A DNA stretch of 64,000 bases from Octopus bimaculoides (taxonomy: Eukaryota), in the NCBI RefSeq assembly GCF_001194135.2, contig NC_068989.1:33163875-33227874 (forward strand), read 5' to 3'. Position 1 is the first letter of the stretch. Each line of letters begins with the position of its first letter. The notes under the pieces are model-generated. The model saw only the letters and a list, made by a program, of their open reading frames with translations. It made no database searches and was not told the origin of the DNA. Of this stretch, positions 14,017 through 27,434 are shown in pieces. Both the position numbers and the translations under genes were made by a program.

Positions 14017-14370
14017 TCATCATCATCATCATCATCGTCGTCATTTAATGTCCATTTTCCATGCTAGCATGGGTTGAACAGTTTAACCGGGGTCTGGGAA
14101 GCCAGGAGGCTGCACCAGGCTCCAGTCTGATCTGGTAGTGTTTCTACAGCTGGATGCCAACCAATCCATGGGTGTAGTGGGTGCTTTCTACATGCCACCG
14201 GCACAGGAGCCAGAGGAGGCTGGTAGCGGCCAGAGGAGGTTGACAGCGGCCAGAGGAGGCTGGCAGCGGCCATGATTGGTTGGTGCTTTTTACGTGCCAC
14301 CGGCACAGAAGCCAGTCGATGCGGTGCTGGCATCAGCCACGTTCGGATGGTGCTTTTTACGTACCACCAA
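14017..14370 (-). mobile_element. RTE-family LINE 3' UTR fragment inserted in the Helitron helicase gene
   Basis: (GAT)n tail; it splits helicase sequence that is continuous on both sides (..KNSGMGEL | LIV*DEC..). Confidence 0.8.
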
Positions 14371-16313
14371 GTTCACCCATTCCAGAATTTTTAGATATAT
14401 TACAAACTGGATCTTCTTTGCTAGATAGATCTAAAGGTAACTTGAATGTTGAATGGGCAGTCCGACCTCCAGATAGTCATGTTGCTGCAATCCCAGAAGT
14501 AGCAGTAGCTAAAGCTATTTTATTTTCTTGACAAACTTTAGCCAGGAAGAGTTTAATAACAAATGTTTTCCCAGTACCTCCTGGGGCATCTAAGAAATAA
14601 AGTCCTCCTATGTTATTTTTAATACTTTCTATGACAGTAGAATATGCACAACGTTGATCAGATAGAAGGTTGAGAAAATTATCATTTATATACATGGTCA
14701 GTTTTTCCATATCATAGGAAATTTCCCTCATTATTTCAGTGGACAGACTGTTAAGACCCCTTCTATTAGTTAGTGGGAGACCTAAATTTTCTATAGGTTC
14801 ACCTCCCAACGAAATAATTTGATCTTCTATTTCAATCAAAGCTGCATTGTATATAACATCAGTGAAACCAATATCTTGCTCAAGATTACTCAATTGAACT
14901 TGGTGCTTGAAATCTTCAGCAAGATCATTTCTGAACTTATTCCACAGTTCAACAGGATTACTTACTTCGCAATTTTTGAGAATAATAGCAAAATGACCTC
15001 TTAAACTCTTTGGTGTTTTTGATATTGAAGCTTCTACCAGTGTTGCTTCCCATTGCTGATCGTTTGCAAGCAAATCTAACTTCAAATATGCTTCTCAACA
15101 TCTTCTGCAAATCTCACTATCAACTTCTCTCAAAACTTTCTCATGAAGTTGGCCCACTTTTTACATGAAGAAAGCATTCATTTTCCTTAGCATGTACAGT
15201 ATATATTCTACTAATTGTTGTACCCAACTTAATCCCAGAATGACCTTGAACCTTTGTACCTATTTTGCATCTATTCCATTTATTATTACTCCATGTGTAA
15301 TAAGAAGGAACCTCATGATATGGCAATGTTTTTGCAAAATTGTTCCCCCAACAAAGATTGAAAAAGGCTGTTAAAGTGGTATCCTTTGGATTTGAAACTC
15401 AATTTGCCGCTGTTTCGGCAGTGAAGTAAACCCTTTGACCATTTTCTAAATGCACAGAAAGTTGTTAAACGGTTAGGTGCTTTTGTGGATTGCAAATCCA
15501 AATATGCGCCAGAAGGCCTCATTACTGCTTATACATCTCCCTATTTGGTATTGTTAAACTTCATCATTAGTGTTTTCTTGAATGGTGAAAGAAGTAGCAT
15601 CACTGCCTTTATTTATGTATTTGCATACATACTTTATGCTCTTTGTAGAGTTACAAGACTTTGTCATTTTCTGCTGCACTTTGAGCTGCCATTCTTTGTT
15701 GGCTATCTGCAAGTCATGCATTTCTTTGATGTCTGATTTCAGATGTACGTCAAGCTTTCTTTCTTTGTCAATCAAATCATCTGTAAGCAGTTTGTGTCTC
15801 TTGTCTTCATTTTGTGCTGCACATCATGCGTTTCTTTGATGTTCATGGTTTGACATTCTTTTATTAGGAGACATTTTTTTGCTAAGGAATATCAGTATGT
15901 AATAGTCAAATGAAATTACAAATGCTGTATCCTGTCACTGTAAGCGCTGAATTTCCAATGCTATATTACAGGAATGCAAGGCAAGGCGCTGTGTGATAGA
16001 GAAGTTTAACTAAGTCAGAATGTATGTTGTTGATGTGAATTGTCTTTTTTGTGGGTGTGTTGATGATTTACGTTTCACTCTCAAGTTCTTTGTGTGTGTG
16101 TCATGCATCTCACTTCAGTCGGATTCTCTCTGCCTATCTCAAAGAAGTATGTATATTCATATCTGACCTGACAAACTAGAAAAATAGCTATATCATATAG
16201 AACAATAGCTTTAATGAATCCAGGTGACTGTATGATGGCACTGAAAAGGCCACAGGTCAAATGGAACACCCATTTGTCACGGTTCCTTTTGATGTTTGAA
16301 TAGGCCATAAGCC

Positions 16314-16910
16314 TGGTGAGAATGGATGAGGATAGCTGCCTGAAAAAGTGCCACACCCTAACAGTTGAGGGAACCCATGGAAGAGGTAGGCCCAGGAAGA
16401 CCTGGGCTGAGGTGGTGAAGCAAGACCTTCGTACATTGGGCCTCACCGAGGCGATGACTACTGACCGAGACCTTTGGAAATGTGCTGTGCGTGAGAAGAC
16501 CCGGCAAGCCAAGTAAGATCGTTGCCAGTGCCCCTGGACTGGCTCTTGTGCGNNNNNNNNNNNNNNNNNNNNNNNNNNNNNNNNNNNNNNNNNNNNNNNN
16601 NNNNNNNNNNNNNNNNNNNNNNNNNNNNNNNNNNNNNNNNNNNNNNNNNNNNNNNNNNNNNNNNCATAAAAGACACCATTTCGAGCGTGGCCATTGCCAG
16701 TATCGCCTGACTGGCCTTCGTGCAGGTGACACGTAAAAGCACCTACTACACTCTCTGAGTGGTTGGCGTTAGGAAGAGCATCCAGCTGTAGAAACTCTGC
16801 CAAATTTAGATTGGAGCCTGGTGATGCCATCCGGTTTCACCAGTCCTCAGTCAAATCGTCCAACCCATGCTAGCATGGAAAGCGGACGTTAAACGATGAT
16901 GATGATGATG
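16314..16910 (+). mobile_element. RTE LINE 3' end, 5'-truncated
   Basis: MDEDSCLKKCHTLTVEGTHGRGRPRKTW C-terminus, 3' UTR and (GAT)n tail; possible short TSD AAGCC (16309-16313 and 16911-16915). Confidence 0.88.
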
Positions 16911-18378
16911 AAGCCCAAAGAGAATTGAAAATTCAGTTTCAAATCTGAACCAGGATGAGACTACTCCTACAGATTTGGTGTCATCACTGACAAACAAACA
17001 AACAAACGGACAGAAATTCAATTTTATATATATAGATATATATACTACAAGTCATACTCAATGTCTAAGTTCCACTAATCTACCACCCTTGACTGGTACT
17101 TTTTTATTTACCCTCAAAAGGATGATCTGAACTCAGAGCACAAAGAGTCAGAACAAATACCACAAGGTATTCTATGAAACAGCCAAAAAACTCTGCTAAT
17201 TTTCTGCCTTTCAAATGTGATCCAACTATCTGTTAGTAGTTCCCCCACCTACTGATATGCCTAGTGAGTGTATCACTGGATTTTACAAATTACTGGATCT
17301 GTAGGTAGTCAGAATTATTTCTTTTTACAGGTTACATACTGGGACAATCAGTGCACATGACTGTTTACAGAATCTCTGAAGCTGATGGGAGGGAAGGAAA
17401 CAGGAAGGTATCTTCAAGCTGGAAATCTGATCCAAATGTTTGTAAGAGAGTGGACTCTGCTAAAGGCAACCAAGGAGCAGGAAGGGTTTTAAATCGAGAG
17501 ATAGATTAAGTCTACCACTAAGAACTGTTCATTTATGAAGTATTTCTGCCCTTGAATAGGAAACACAACATTTGGAATGCTATTTTAGCAATGTTATAAA
17601 AGTGAGGTTAGCATGCAAGATCATTAAAGAATGAGAATGAAGTAATTTTTAATTTTTTATCTGTATTAAAAGGGTAATAGGCTGATAGTATGTAAGAAGA
17701 ATGAGATAAACTATATATAGTCCTAATGAAAAAAGTATGCACATATAGAAGATGCACATATTAAATATACTTTTAGCAAAAATGAAATTAAATTATTTAA
17801 AGATTGTAGAGAGATAAATAAATAAGTATAAAGATTATAATTTTAAAACCTAAAAGAAAATTGATTTCTTTTGACTAAGAACATGTTATTTTGTAGGAGA
17901 CTGTTATGGTTTGTTAAATCAACCAAATATTGTTACTGTTTATTTTACTGATTCTGATAACCTTGACCTTAGTAAAGTTATTTTGTAGTGAGACCAGTCA
18001 AAGTCAATAAAATGCCAAGTCAATAGTGACAGACAAGAATTTGAAATCATAACAAAAAGGCACTGAACTAAATGCATTACAGAATCTAGTTCTGCATTAT
18101 TTATGACAACTAGATATATTTAGCAATAGTTTTATGTCAATTTGAAATGATCAAGACAGACTTGGGTATCAACTACTTACAACCAACCAGAGACAATAGA
18201 TACATGAAGTTATTTATTACTGTGGCTATGATGAAGTATATAATTACTGATTTGATTCATTTTTATAAACATTTTTATCATTCTTATTTTAATAGCTATT
18301 TCTTGTTTCAATATCGTGTCTTCGTGCAAGTATGAACTACACAATTCTACATAAACAGCAAACTATTTAACATTTTAA

Positions 18379-18598
18379 CCCTTTAGCATTCATATTATTC
18401 TGTAAAATGTAATGCATACTTGTACACGCTGTGTTAAATTAATCATGCATTATCACATAGCTTCAAAATTTTGATGATGCAACAATTCATTTTTAGAATG
18501 ATACTGTAGGGTAAGTGCAAGAGGTTGAATTTGGCTGATCTGAACATAAAACACATAGAATATTTGGGCTGGTTATCTCTGGTTTAAATGCTTAATGG
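18379..18598. mobile_element. piggyBac-type MITE, second copy
   Basis: TTAA|CCCTTTAGCATT start; internal similarity to 73-281; right end degenerate. Confidence 0.65.
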
Positions 18599-18963
18599 TA
18601 GGAAGACCATGGCCAGAGAAAAATATTTTGTGTTCTTGGAACTGTTTTTTCAGCAAGATACTCCTCCTGTATTAATCAGTCATAATAAATCAGGTCTCAC
18701 ATAAAAGAAGGGAGATGAGCTCATATGAAGTAGCCTTGGTATTATAAAAAATTTGTAGTCAACATGAAAATAACTGAACAGTATGTAGACATTGTAGAGA
18801 AAGTGAAGGTACAAACTGCTTTACTCTCCATGTTACTGAAACCAAGTTACCAAGCAACTTTAAAAATTCATCAGGTTGTCTAAATTTGCAAAAGCCATTA
18901 AGCCCAAGTAAGCAGAAATTTCTCAGAAGAAACATAAATTTGAAATAAATGATTCTTATGTAC

Positions 18964-19126
18964 CTTTTCGTCGTTCTGATTGAACCATGTCTTCACATGC
19001 TGCATGTAAGAAATAAATGTGATCAGCGACCATTCTTTCTTGAGTCTCGTGTGTAACTTTCTCATAAGATGAAGGATGTAGAAATTTCCGACTGCGAAGA
19101 TTCTCTTGCCCCAACTTTTGAATTAC
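18964..19126 (-). CDS. CUL2: Cullin-2 coding exon 8 (163 nt)
   Basis: VIQKLGQENLRSRKFLHPSSYEKVTHETQERMVADHIYFLHAACEDMVQSERRK(D); TTTTAG acceptor, GTACAT donor. Confidence 0.95.
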
Positions 19127-19159
19127 CTAAAAAGTAAATACACACATTCACAATATATG

Positions 19160-19251
<92 letters not shown>

Positions 19252-19395
19252 GAAAGAAATAGTGAACATAGAGACATTTATGGAGATGGAAAATTCAAAA
19301 CATTCCCATTTCTAAAACAAAAGAAAAAGGTCAACTACAAAAGGTGAAAGAAAAATACTTTATAAGAGTTCTAAATCCAAAACCAAACTAGAAAT

Positions 19396-19745
19396 TGTTG
19401 TAAAGCGGTCTTTTGCCACTGTTGTATCTGTCTTGTGACAACAGGTGTCGCTCTAACAGATATTGTTATATTCTGAAGTCATCAACAGGATGGTTCTATC
19501 TGGCACTGTACAACTGGGGGTCGTACAGTGTTATTATCCTCAAAAGGTTGGATCGATACAACATCCACTCAGTATCACAGTATGACCACTATATTAGCAC
19601 AAACACAACTACCAACACAGTCTACATGTACTTTTGACCTCCTGGCCTTCTTTACCTTCTCATGTCGACTGGCTACTGGTCTATTTATAATAGGTGGCTA
19701 CTACCACTTTTCACTGGGAGGGGTGTACAGTTTCACTATACAACA
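19396..19745 (-). repeat. 3' LTR (350 bp)
   Basis: TG..CA ends; adjacent to the PPT; roughly one fifth diverged from the 5' LTR by eye, largely transitions. Confidence 0.92.
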
Positions 19746-22579
19746 TCTCCCCTTTTAATTTTTTTTATTTAACATCAGTTTCTTTTATTCACCCTACCTC
19801 CTCCTTTTTCTTTTATATGTATACATATATATATATATATATATATACATACTTAATATCTTTTCTTCTCAGGGTCTACTTTTAGAAATTTAGTATTCTT
19901 CCTTTTCCTTGTGTGTGTGGTTTTGATTTCTTGTAACGCTGTTGGAACCTGAAAAGTGTCATATAGCCAATCCATTGGTACTTCTACTCTTGTTGGTTCC
20001 TTTTCTATGACGCTTTCTTTAAGCTGATTTCTATGTCTCCTTTCCATTCCATTTCTGCTTCTTTCTGTTTGCTGTGGTCACAACTTTCTGCATCATTCTT
20101 CCTATGTATGTTACAATTTCTCCTTCTTCCCAGTATTGCTTGCCATTTTTGTACATTCTTACATATACCTTATCACCTATTCTGAAGAATTTTGGCATGT
20201 CTTTATTAGCACGTATATTTTTTTCACTGGTAACAGTTTATCAAATACTGACTTCACCTTTCTGCAAACATCAATTCTGCTGGTGAACATACTTCTGGCA
20301 CATTTGGGTTCAGAGTTAGCCTGTATAGTCTTAAGAATTGTTGAATCGAGACTCATCTGTAGCTTCCTTATTAGCTTTCTTTAAAGCTCTCTTAAAATTG
20401 TCCACAAACTGTTCGGCCCTTCCATTCGATCTAGGGTGATACAATGCTAGCATGAACATCTCACAGGATCTTTAAAACTCACAGGATACAAACTGTGTTC
20501 CATTGTCAGAGACAATTATATCCAGTACACCAAATCTTGCTAACAGCTCATGTAAGAAGTTTATCACCATATATGAGGTTGTTTGTTTACACCTCACAAC
20601 CTCAGGCCATTTTGTGTAGCTGTCCACTACTATTAAGTTATAATATCCATTTACCGGGCCTACAAAATTGATATGCAATTGGGACCATGGTATTTTCATT
20701 TCCAGCCAAGGTTCACATTTTGTTGTAGGTAGTTTCACTGCCAGCACACATCCTCTGCAGCCTTTTACCAGGTTTTCAACCTTCTTGTTCATGCTTGGCC
20801 AGTATACGAAACTTCACATCAGCACTTTCATTCTAGAGATGCTTGGGTGTCCCACATGAAACTCTTTTAGCATTCTCTTCTGTAATGTCAGTTGTATGAC
20901 CACCCTCTAAGCTTACATTAGTACACCATCACATATAGAGTACACGTTCACATCTTGGCAGTTCTTTGCATCAGACCTTTCTTCATTTCTTTTTGTCAAC
21001 CACAGTTTTCTTTTTGTCTCATTAATAAATTTGTCATTTCTTGCACTTCTTTTTATTTCTTCCAAAGTTACTGGTAGTTCACACACAATGTTCCACATCA
21101 TTATTTTTTTGTTTCAGTTCATTGACCTCGTTCAATCGTTTGACTGCTCCGGTTATGCTATTGCACAAAACACTTATGGGTGTATCCCAAACATTAAATT
21201 TCTTCATACATTCGGTGCCAAATAAATTCATGGATTTTTTCAACACATAAACATATACTTTTTTGGTTCGACCTTTAAACGTTATATTACAAACATGCTC
21301 GCCATGTAATATAATTTTCTTCCCATAATACTGTGTGCTATTTTGTTTGAACTACATAATTTTGGTTTACCTATTTGTTCCCATGTTTTCTCATTTATGA
21401 TTGTGATATCACTTCCTGTGTCTAACTGCATTCTAAAACTAGTATATTCAGTTCTTACATTTACAAATTTTCTGTTTGCTGTAGTCACAACTTTTCCAAC
21501 TGACAAACTATCTATTTTTTCTTATTTGTTCCATTTTGTTTTCTTAAAACTAGTTTTGCAGTGCGATTTTATATGTCCTGTAAACCCACAGCTAAAACAC
21601 TTTGCTTTTTTATATGGACAATCGTTTTCCAGGTGCATCCCACCACATGCCATACATGGGTCTACATCCCGATATTTTTTCTGTTTTTCTTGCAACACTT
21701 TGTCTTCCAACTTTTTTGCACTGGTGGAAACACTCTTTCCATTGAATTTCTTCCATGTCATGCCTTAATCTTAATATCCTGTCACACTCTTCCGACAGTT
21801 TCTGCAATGTCAGATCCTGGTTCATTTCCAGTTTAGACAGAATTTTCATTTGCATTTCTGCATCCCTTCTATCTGTCAATCCTTGTGCAAAAACTCAAAC
21901 ACTTGAAAGAATCTGAAGTAAGCATATCTAGCCTAAATCTCTCACATTCTTTGTTGATTCTGCCTGTGTAAGTAGTGAAGCCTTCATCTTCGCTTTTTTC
22001 TATGTTTAAACATTTCCATCTAGTATTAAACAGTGAGCTCTTTTCACTAAACATTTTGCACAAAATGTCAACTGTGTCAGTGAAATTTGTCAGACGTTTT
22101 TTTTTGGCAATATGAAGTTACTATACTTCTCATGCTCTACTGTCACTAGTTTTCTTAAAACTAGATGCGTTTTCATATCGTCCATCCAATCCTGGCATTC
22201 TTTTTCAAAAATTTGCTGAAATCTTTGAAAGTAAGCCTTGAAGGTTACTCCTCCTTCAGAGTCATATTCACTTATGGAACTTGCTACATGGTCAGGTGAA
22301 AATGTATTCTCTGGTTTGGTTATCAACTTCATTAAGTGTAACATTTGCTGCTGCAATCCTTGTTGTTGGTCTCGTTGTCCCTTGAGTTGTTGTTGTTGGT
22401 TTTGCAACTCAACTATCCCAGCTAACAAGTCTTCCATATCTTACAATTTTTGTAAGTTTGCACAAGACTTTTGTTTCTTTTTTGTCAAGGTATTTAATTC
22501 TCCACGTGAATTAGTTTAAACTCTCTACGTGAATGTTTTTTTTTTCACTCCACATAAATTTGTGTTTCCTCGTTGCCAC

Positions 22580-22925
22580 TGTTGTAAGGTGGTCTTTTGC
22601 CACTGTTGTATCTGTTTTTTGATGATGGTTGTCACTCTGACAGGTATTGTTATATTCCGAAGTTGTCAACAGGATGGTTCTATCTGGCACTGTATGACCC
22701 CCCAGTTATACAGTGCTATTATCCTCAAAAATTTGGATCGATATAACGTTAGTTAGTATCACAGTATGATTACTATATCAGCACAGACATGACTATCAAC
22801 AGTCTAAACATACTTTCGACCTTCTGGCCTTCTTTACCTTCTCGAGTTCACTGGCTACTGGTCTATTTATAATGGCTAGCTACTTCCACTTTTTACCGGG
22901 AGAGGTGTAGTTTCATTATACAACA
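22580..22925 (-). repeat. 5' LTR (346 bp)
   Basis: TG..CA ends; aligns end to end with 19396-19745; TATAAATAG on the minus strand near 22862-22870. Confidence 0.92.
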
Positions 22926-23299
22926 GAAATAGTCAATACTGCTGCTAAAAACAACTTCTTCTATACAGATTATCCCATAACATGTGTATTTGAAAAACTG
23001 TAAACAGCAAAAGCACCGACAAAATACAAATGCTTCTTTTCAAAAGATTTGTGTCACCCTGTTTTTTTTAAAGCTTTATATAATTAATAATTTTTAATTT
23101 AAGAAAATCTTTGTTCAAATACTGAGACAAATGTAATCCTTTTATTGTTCCTTAAATCCAAAATCATGTGAAGTAAACATAATCAGCTGCTCAGTTTACC
23201 AACACCATTTACCAACTGATTGCAAACAATTTACGTTTCACATTAGTGAATTTTTTATTTCTTTTTTAAGATTTACTTATGTGGAAGGAGCAGTGTCTA

Positions 23300-24100
23300 A
23301 GGCTTTCAAAGACACAAAGATTGGTGTGGTTGATATAGTTTGTATATCATGGATGAGAAGGGATACCAAAGATCTGATGCTCTAGAGAAGAAGAAATGTG
23401 CATAGTAATTAGTGCAGAGTAGAGAGACACAACAAGAATGACACAATGGAGACAATGTGTATCAGTTGGGCTTGAGCAGAAGTGGCATGAAATTGACTAA
23501 TTCAAAAAATAGGCCATTGTAGTAACAGTAGACTAGGCACATCTACAATATATTGGTGAGTCTTTGACAATTAATTAGATAACTTTGTTTTCAATATGAT
23601 CTGATGGTTGCAGCATTCTATAGCAGATCTCCCTTAAATTTTATTGTCATTTATATACATTTACATAGAGCTAAAATATATTTTGCCCATTGAAAGTTAA
23701 ACCTTTAGGATGCAGTTTTCACTATGTTATGAATATGAAATGACCAAGAGAGACCAACAGAGGTTATAGCACCTAATAATTGCACATTTCCAAGATGAGA
23801 AGGTGAGGTGTAAAATTATAGTTGTGTCTTTGTGTTGTTGAAAGAGACAACATTATCAGGATACTTTTTGGACAACGTTTATGAGGTTTCTGTTTATGGC
23901 AATAGGTTTCATGTAACCTGTTTAAGAATGCATATGGATGAAGTCTGTGTGAGGAAGATTAGGGGAGAGTAAAGAATGGTATCATCTGCTTAGGAATAAG
24001 TAGGTTACAGATGATAGCAAGTAAGTCACTAATATATAAGAGAAAGGATGTGGGAGCCATAAACAAACTGTGGGAACACCAAAGTTGACAGAGTTACTCA
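23300..24100 (-). mobile_element. Decayed CR1/L2-group LINE RT fragment
   Basis: Frameshifted NFGVP..TSFLLYISDLL..*ADDTIL (GVPQGS and YADD region) at about 23960-24095. Confidence 0.6.
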
Positions 24101-24110
24101 AAGAATACTA

Positions 24111-24296
<186 letters not shown>

Positions 24297-25439
24297 TTAG
24301 AAATCTAATACTTGCTCAGAATTCAGAGAAAATAGCACATCAAAATTTAGTATTTCTTGCAAGGCAGACTCAGAATAGTCTATACTAGAAAAAGGTAAGG
24401 AAGTGTTAAAATGTATGTACTGGATTATGATATGGTTTTGAATTTCTCTTTACCTCACCATAATCAATAAAGATTTCACTGTCAAGTTGGTTGAACACCT
24501 GAAAGCCATCAACATACAGGTCAGTGGTACAGTTATAATGAATAGAAGAGATCCACCCAGAGAAATTAAGGATATTAAAGTATAACAAAAGTGTTTGTCA
24601 CCACATTCAGAGACAAACAGTAAATACAAATACACAACCAGGAGTGGATAATTGTAAACAAAAAGCATAAAGCATACATAGAAAAAGTGGGATGACTAGA
24701 TCAATTTCTCTTACATTGGCCTATTGGAAGAGCTGAAATGAAGCTGTGGCATTACATTGTAAGGAATATTATTAATATATACAGAGACAATGCTTTTATT
24801 CTTCTATATCAAAAGAAGACTTAACATATCATGACTACCAACATTTTAAAACTGATATTACTGATTAACCACTAATGGCTTTATTGGGAAAATATAATGT
24901 TAGACAAAGTCAGAAATCATAAAAAAGAAAATAAGAAAAAAGAAATTTACATAAACTAATCCAAACAAAAGGAAGAAAAAGACAATATTGGGGATGTTCT
25001 CCATGAAGAAAAGTAAGCTCTATCTGATGTGCTAGTCAAAACATCTTTCATGCTGGTGCATCATTATTCAGAATTGGATTATTTTAGACTTTTAATTACA
25101 GAATTTAAATTATTTAATTTATACAGTTTGCTTGTCTTTCTCTCAGATTCCTCTACATATATTACAATTTGAAAAGTATATATATTTTAGCAGGTGATAC
25201 ATGCTTTGATTTTGGTAATACATCACTGTATTTGGATATGTATATTAGCAATTTCTTATAAATCACAAAATTATTATATAATTTAATCTATATTAACAGT
25301 GGTGGTCCACTATAGCATTAGCTATAATGGCTAAAACAAACAACTAAAGAAGTTATACAGGGTATTCAGGCTAAATTTGACAGTTTGCATAAAAGGAAAA
25401 GAAAACACAATATATCATCCAAAAATAGAAGTATTTTTT

Positions 25440-25800
25440 TTTTTAAATCAAAAAATATCAGCTAGATTATGGTTGGCAGATAACAGTTTACTCAAAGTGG
25501 CTGCTCTCAGCTTGCACCACAGCCTCAAGACAGCTTCAGAGCTTGGTGCATGCATTCTTCATTGCGTTCCAAAACCTGGCACATGCATTCCTCTTCATGT
25601 CCCTGGGAAGATCTTCAAACACCTCCTTGATGTTGGCCACCAGCTTGGCCTTGGTGTTGCAGGCAGAGTGGTTGGTGTCTTTCTCAACCATGCTCTACAC
25701 ATAGCAAATCAATGGGATTACAATCAGGAAAATTAAGAGGCCTGAAATTGGAGCTGGTGAAGTTGTAGGAATTCTCTGACTCTTTCTGGAAGTATGGTAA
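25440..25800 (-). mobile_element. Tc1/mariner (DD37D-like) transposase C-terminal fragment
   Basis: YV*SMVEKDTNHSACNTKAKLVANIKEVF..CLEAVVQAESSHFE*. Confidence 0.7.
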
Positions 25801-26649
25801 AGAGTCAAATCCTACTGTCACACATAACCTTTTGGCATCTTCACATAGCTATCTGAATTGAGCCTAAAGCCTTGTTCATCAGTTATTGGATAAATATAAC
25901 TGTGTGTATGCCATCAGAACGTCTGCTATGTCCCTTCTTAGTCTCTGTTGCAGCTGTCCTTGTCACATCTCCAGTCCATGTCAACTAACTTTTTCTCAAC
26001 TACAACTTTAATCTTTATGCTCTACAACAAAAATCATCAAATTTAACCTGAACACCCTGTACATATGTATATATAATCAATATATACATCAGAATTTACT
26101 TATTCATTTCGGATACATAATTATTCATTCTCAGTTAATCAATTTGATCAAATTGACTATTTGTATTCAAATAGTTGGATTTTATAATTATCTGCAAAAG
26201 AAATACATTATTTTTTTAGTTTTCAATCTTTTTTTCCATATATGAATTTACTTGTGATGTTATTCCCAAACTATGTATTACTAGCCTGAAAAAGTAGATG
26301 TATGATGATGGAGATTGCATTAAAAAATAGGATATGCAGTTGATAGTTTCTAATTGTTAATTAATTTAACTGCAACTAAAATTGCTATAAAAGCAATATT
26401 AGCACTTTCCTAAACCAGAATTATATCAGGGTTAATAGCAAATGAATGTTATATTTCTTTATTTTGTTGCAATTTAAAATGTTCCCTCAGTTTTATCTGG
26501 CTTAACTGCAATTATCTAAAAGGTTGCTTAAAATAAATCATTAAAAATCACTATTAAATGCATTGGTAGATATGGAACATACTTTCCAAATGGCACATAA
26601 TTATATCAATTGAGATAAAAATTATTACTACCATCTGAAAATTTGTTTG

Positions 26650-27430
26650 CATCATGTAAACTACTATCATGCCTAGCACAGCCTACCAGCTCACCTGCTT
26701 TTAACACTGGAACTTGTTGTCAGACAGAATCCTCCTGCTCACAACTCAAACAAAATGGTCCTTGAAGCAGCACTCCTGCAGAGAAAGTTTGCTACTTACT
26801 GCTTACTGTGCTTCTATCTCAACAATGCAATATACTTGACAAAACTTCTCCAAAATATCCTTTCTCCATGTATACACATGGACAGGTCAAGTGTGAAAGC
26901 ATCTCCAGTCACTTCAAGCCAGTAAAGCTGCTAGCCTTGACAATGTCTTTTCCATTATTCTCTATCTTGAACTATCGCAACGTCATTGCCAAATTCTTCA
27001 ATATTTCTCTCTCTACAAAAATCTATTGCAATATCTTGAGACATGCGATAGAGTATAATTTCCATAACAGATGCAATTTATCACCCCTGCTCAGTATTAC
27101 CTTCTCCAGCACCTTGACTTTCTCTTCTTCCTTGTTGACATTAATTCAGGTTCTACAGAGCCTGACATCCCACAGACCTAATCTCCTATGCCACTCACAA
27201 GTAGACTCTTTCTATTGAAAAGATTGGCAAAGGCAATGTTGTTGCATTTTATACCAGCAATGCATTTGACCAAATCTGGCACAAGAATCTCCCAGTAAAG
27301 CTGTTATACACAGGGATTCATGTATCTCACATCTCTTTGATTGGAGGTGTCCTGTTAAATTGTACTGTTGCAGCATGTGCTGACAGTTTCCTCTAACCAA
27401 TATTCTATTAAGTATAGTGTGTCCTTATGT
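26650..27430 (+). mobile_element. Decayed CR1/L2-group LINE RT fragment
   Basis: GKGNVVAFYTSNAFDQIWHKNL (ALDxSKAFDxVWH-like) near 27225-27295. Confidence 0.6.
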
Positions 27431-27434
27431 TTGA

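Larger units (their letters stand above)
12628..17036 (-). mobile_element. Decayed Rep/helicase Helitron with two nested RTE fragments
   Basis: 5' end A|TCTATATATATAAAA at 17036; Rep remnants (SIKYVCKYINKGSD, 15554-15775); Walker A LDAPGGTGKT (14477-15085); helicase C-half GDFQQTLPV..AFAMNINKSQGQTL (12996-14003); degenerate hairpin plus CTAT 3' end near 12628-12660. Confidence 0.9.
19396..22925 (-). mobile_element. Ty3/Gypsy LTR retrotransposon, internally deleted (gag, protease, integrase remnants; no RT or RNase H)
   Basis: TGTTG..CAACA LTRs at both ends; GAAAT TSD (19391-19395 and 22926-22930); PBS-like TGGCAACGAGG next to the 5' LTR; PPT AAAAGGGGAGA; gag knuckles CMACGGMHLENDC and CFSCGFTGHIKSHC; protease LDTGS; integrase GH..C..C and DNGTQF. 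Confidence 0.93.

Noticed and set aside
19062-19315. ORFs rich in YI/CV/TH repeats
   Set aside because: (CA)n(TA)n microsatellite; only 18964-19126 in a different frame is real exon.
19640-19695. Gypsy 3' LTR TATA plus AAG|GTAAAG donor as an internal promoter for truncated CUL2
   Set aside because: The donor is only about 27-30 nt from the TATA box, leaving almost no exon, and the LTR is old and decayed.
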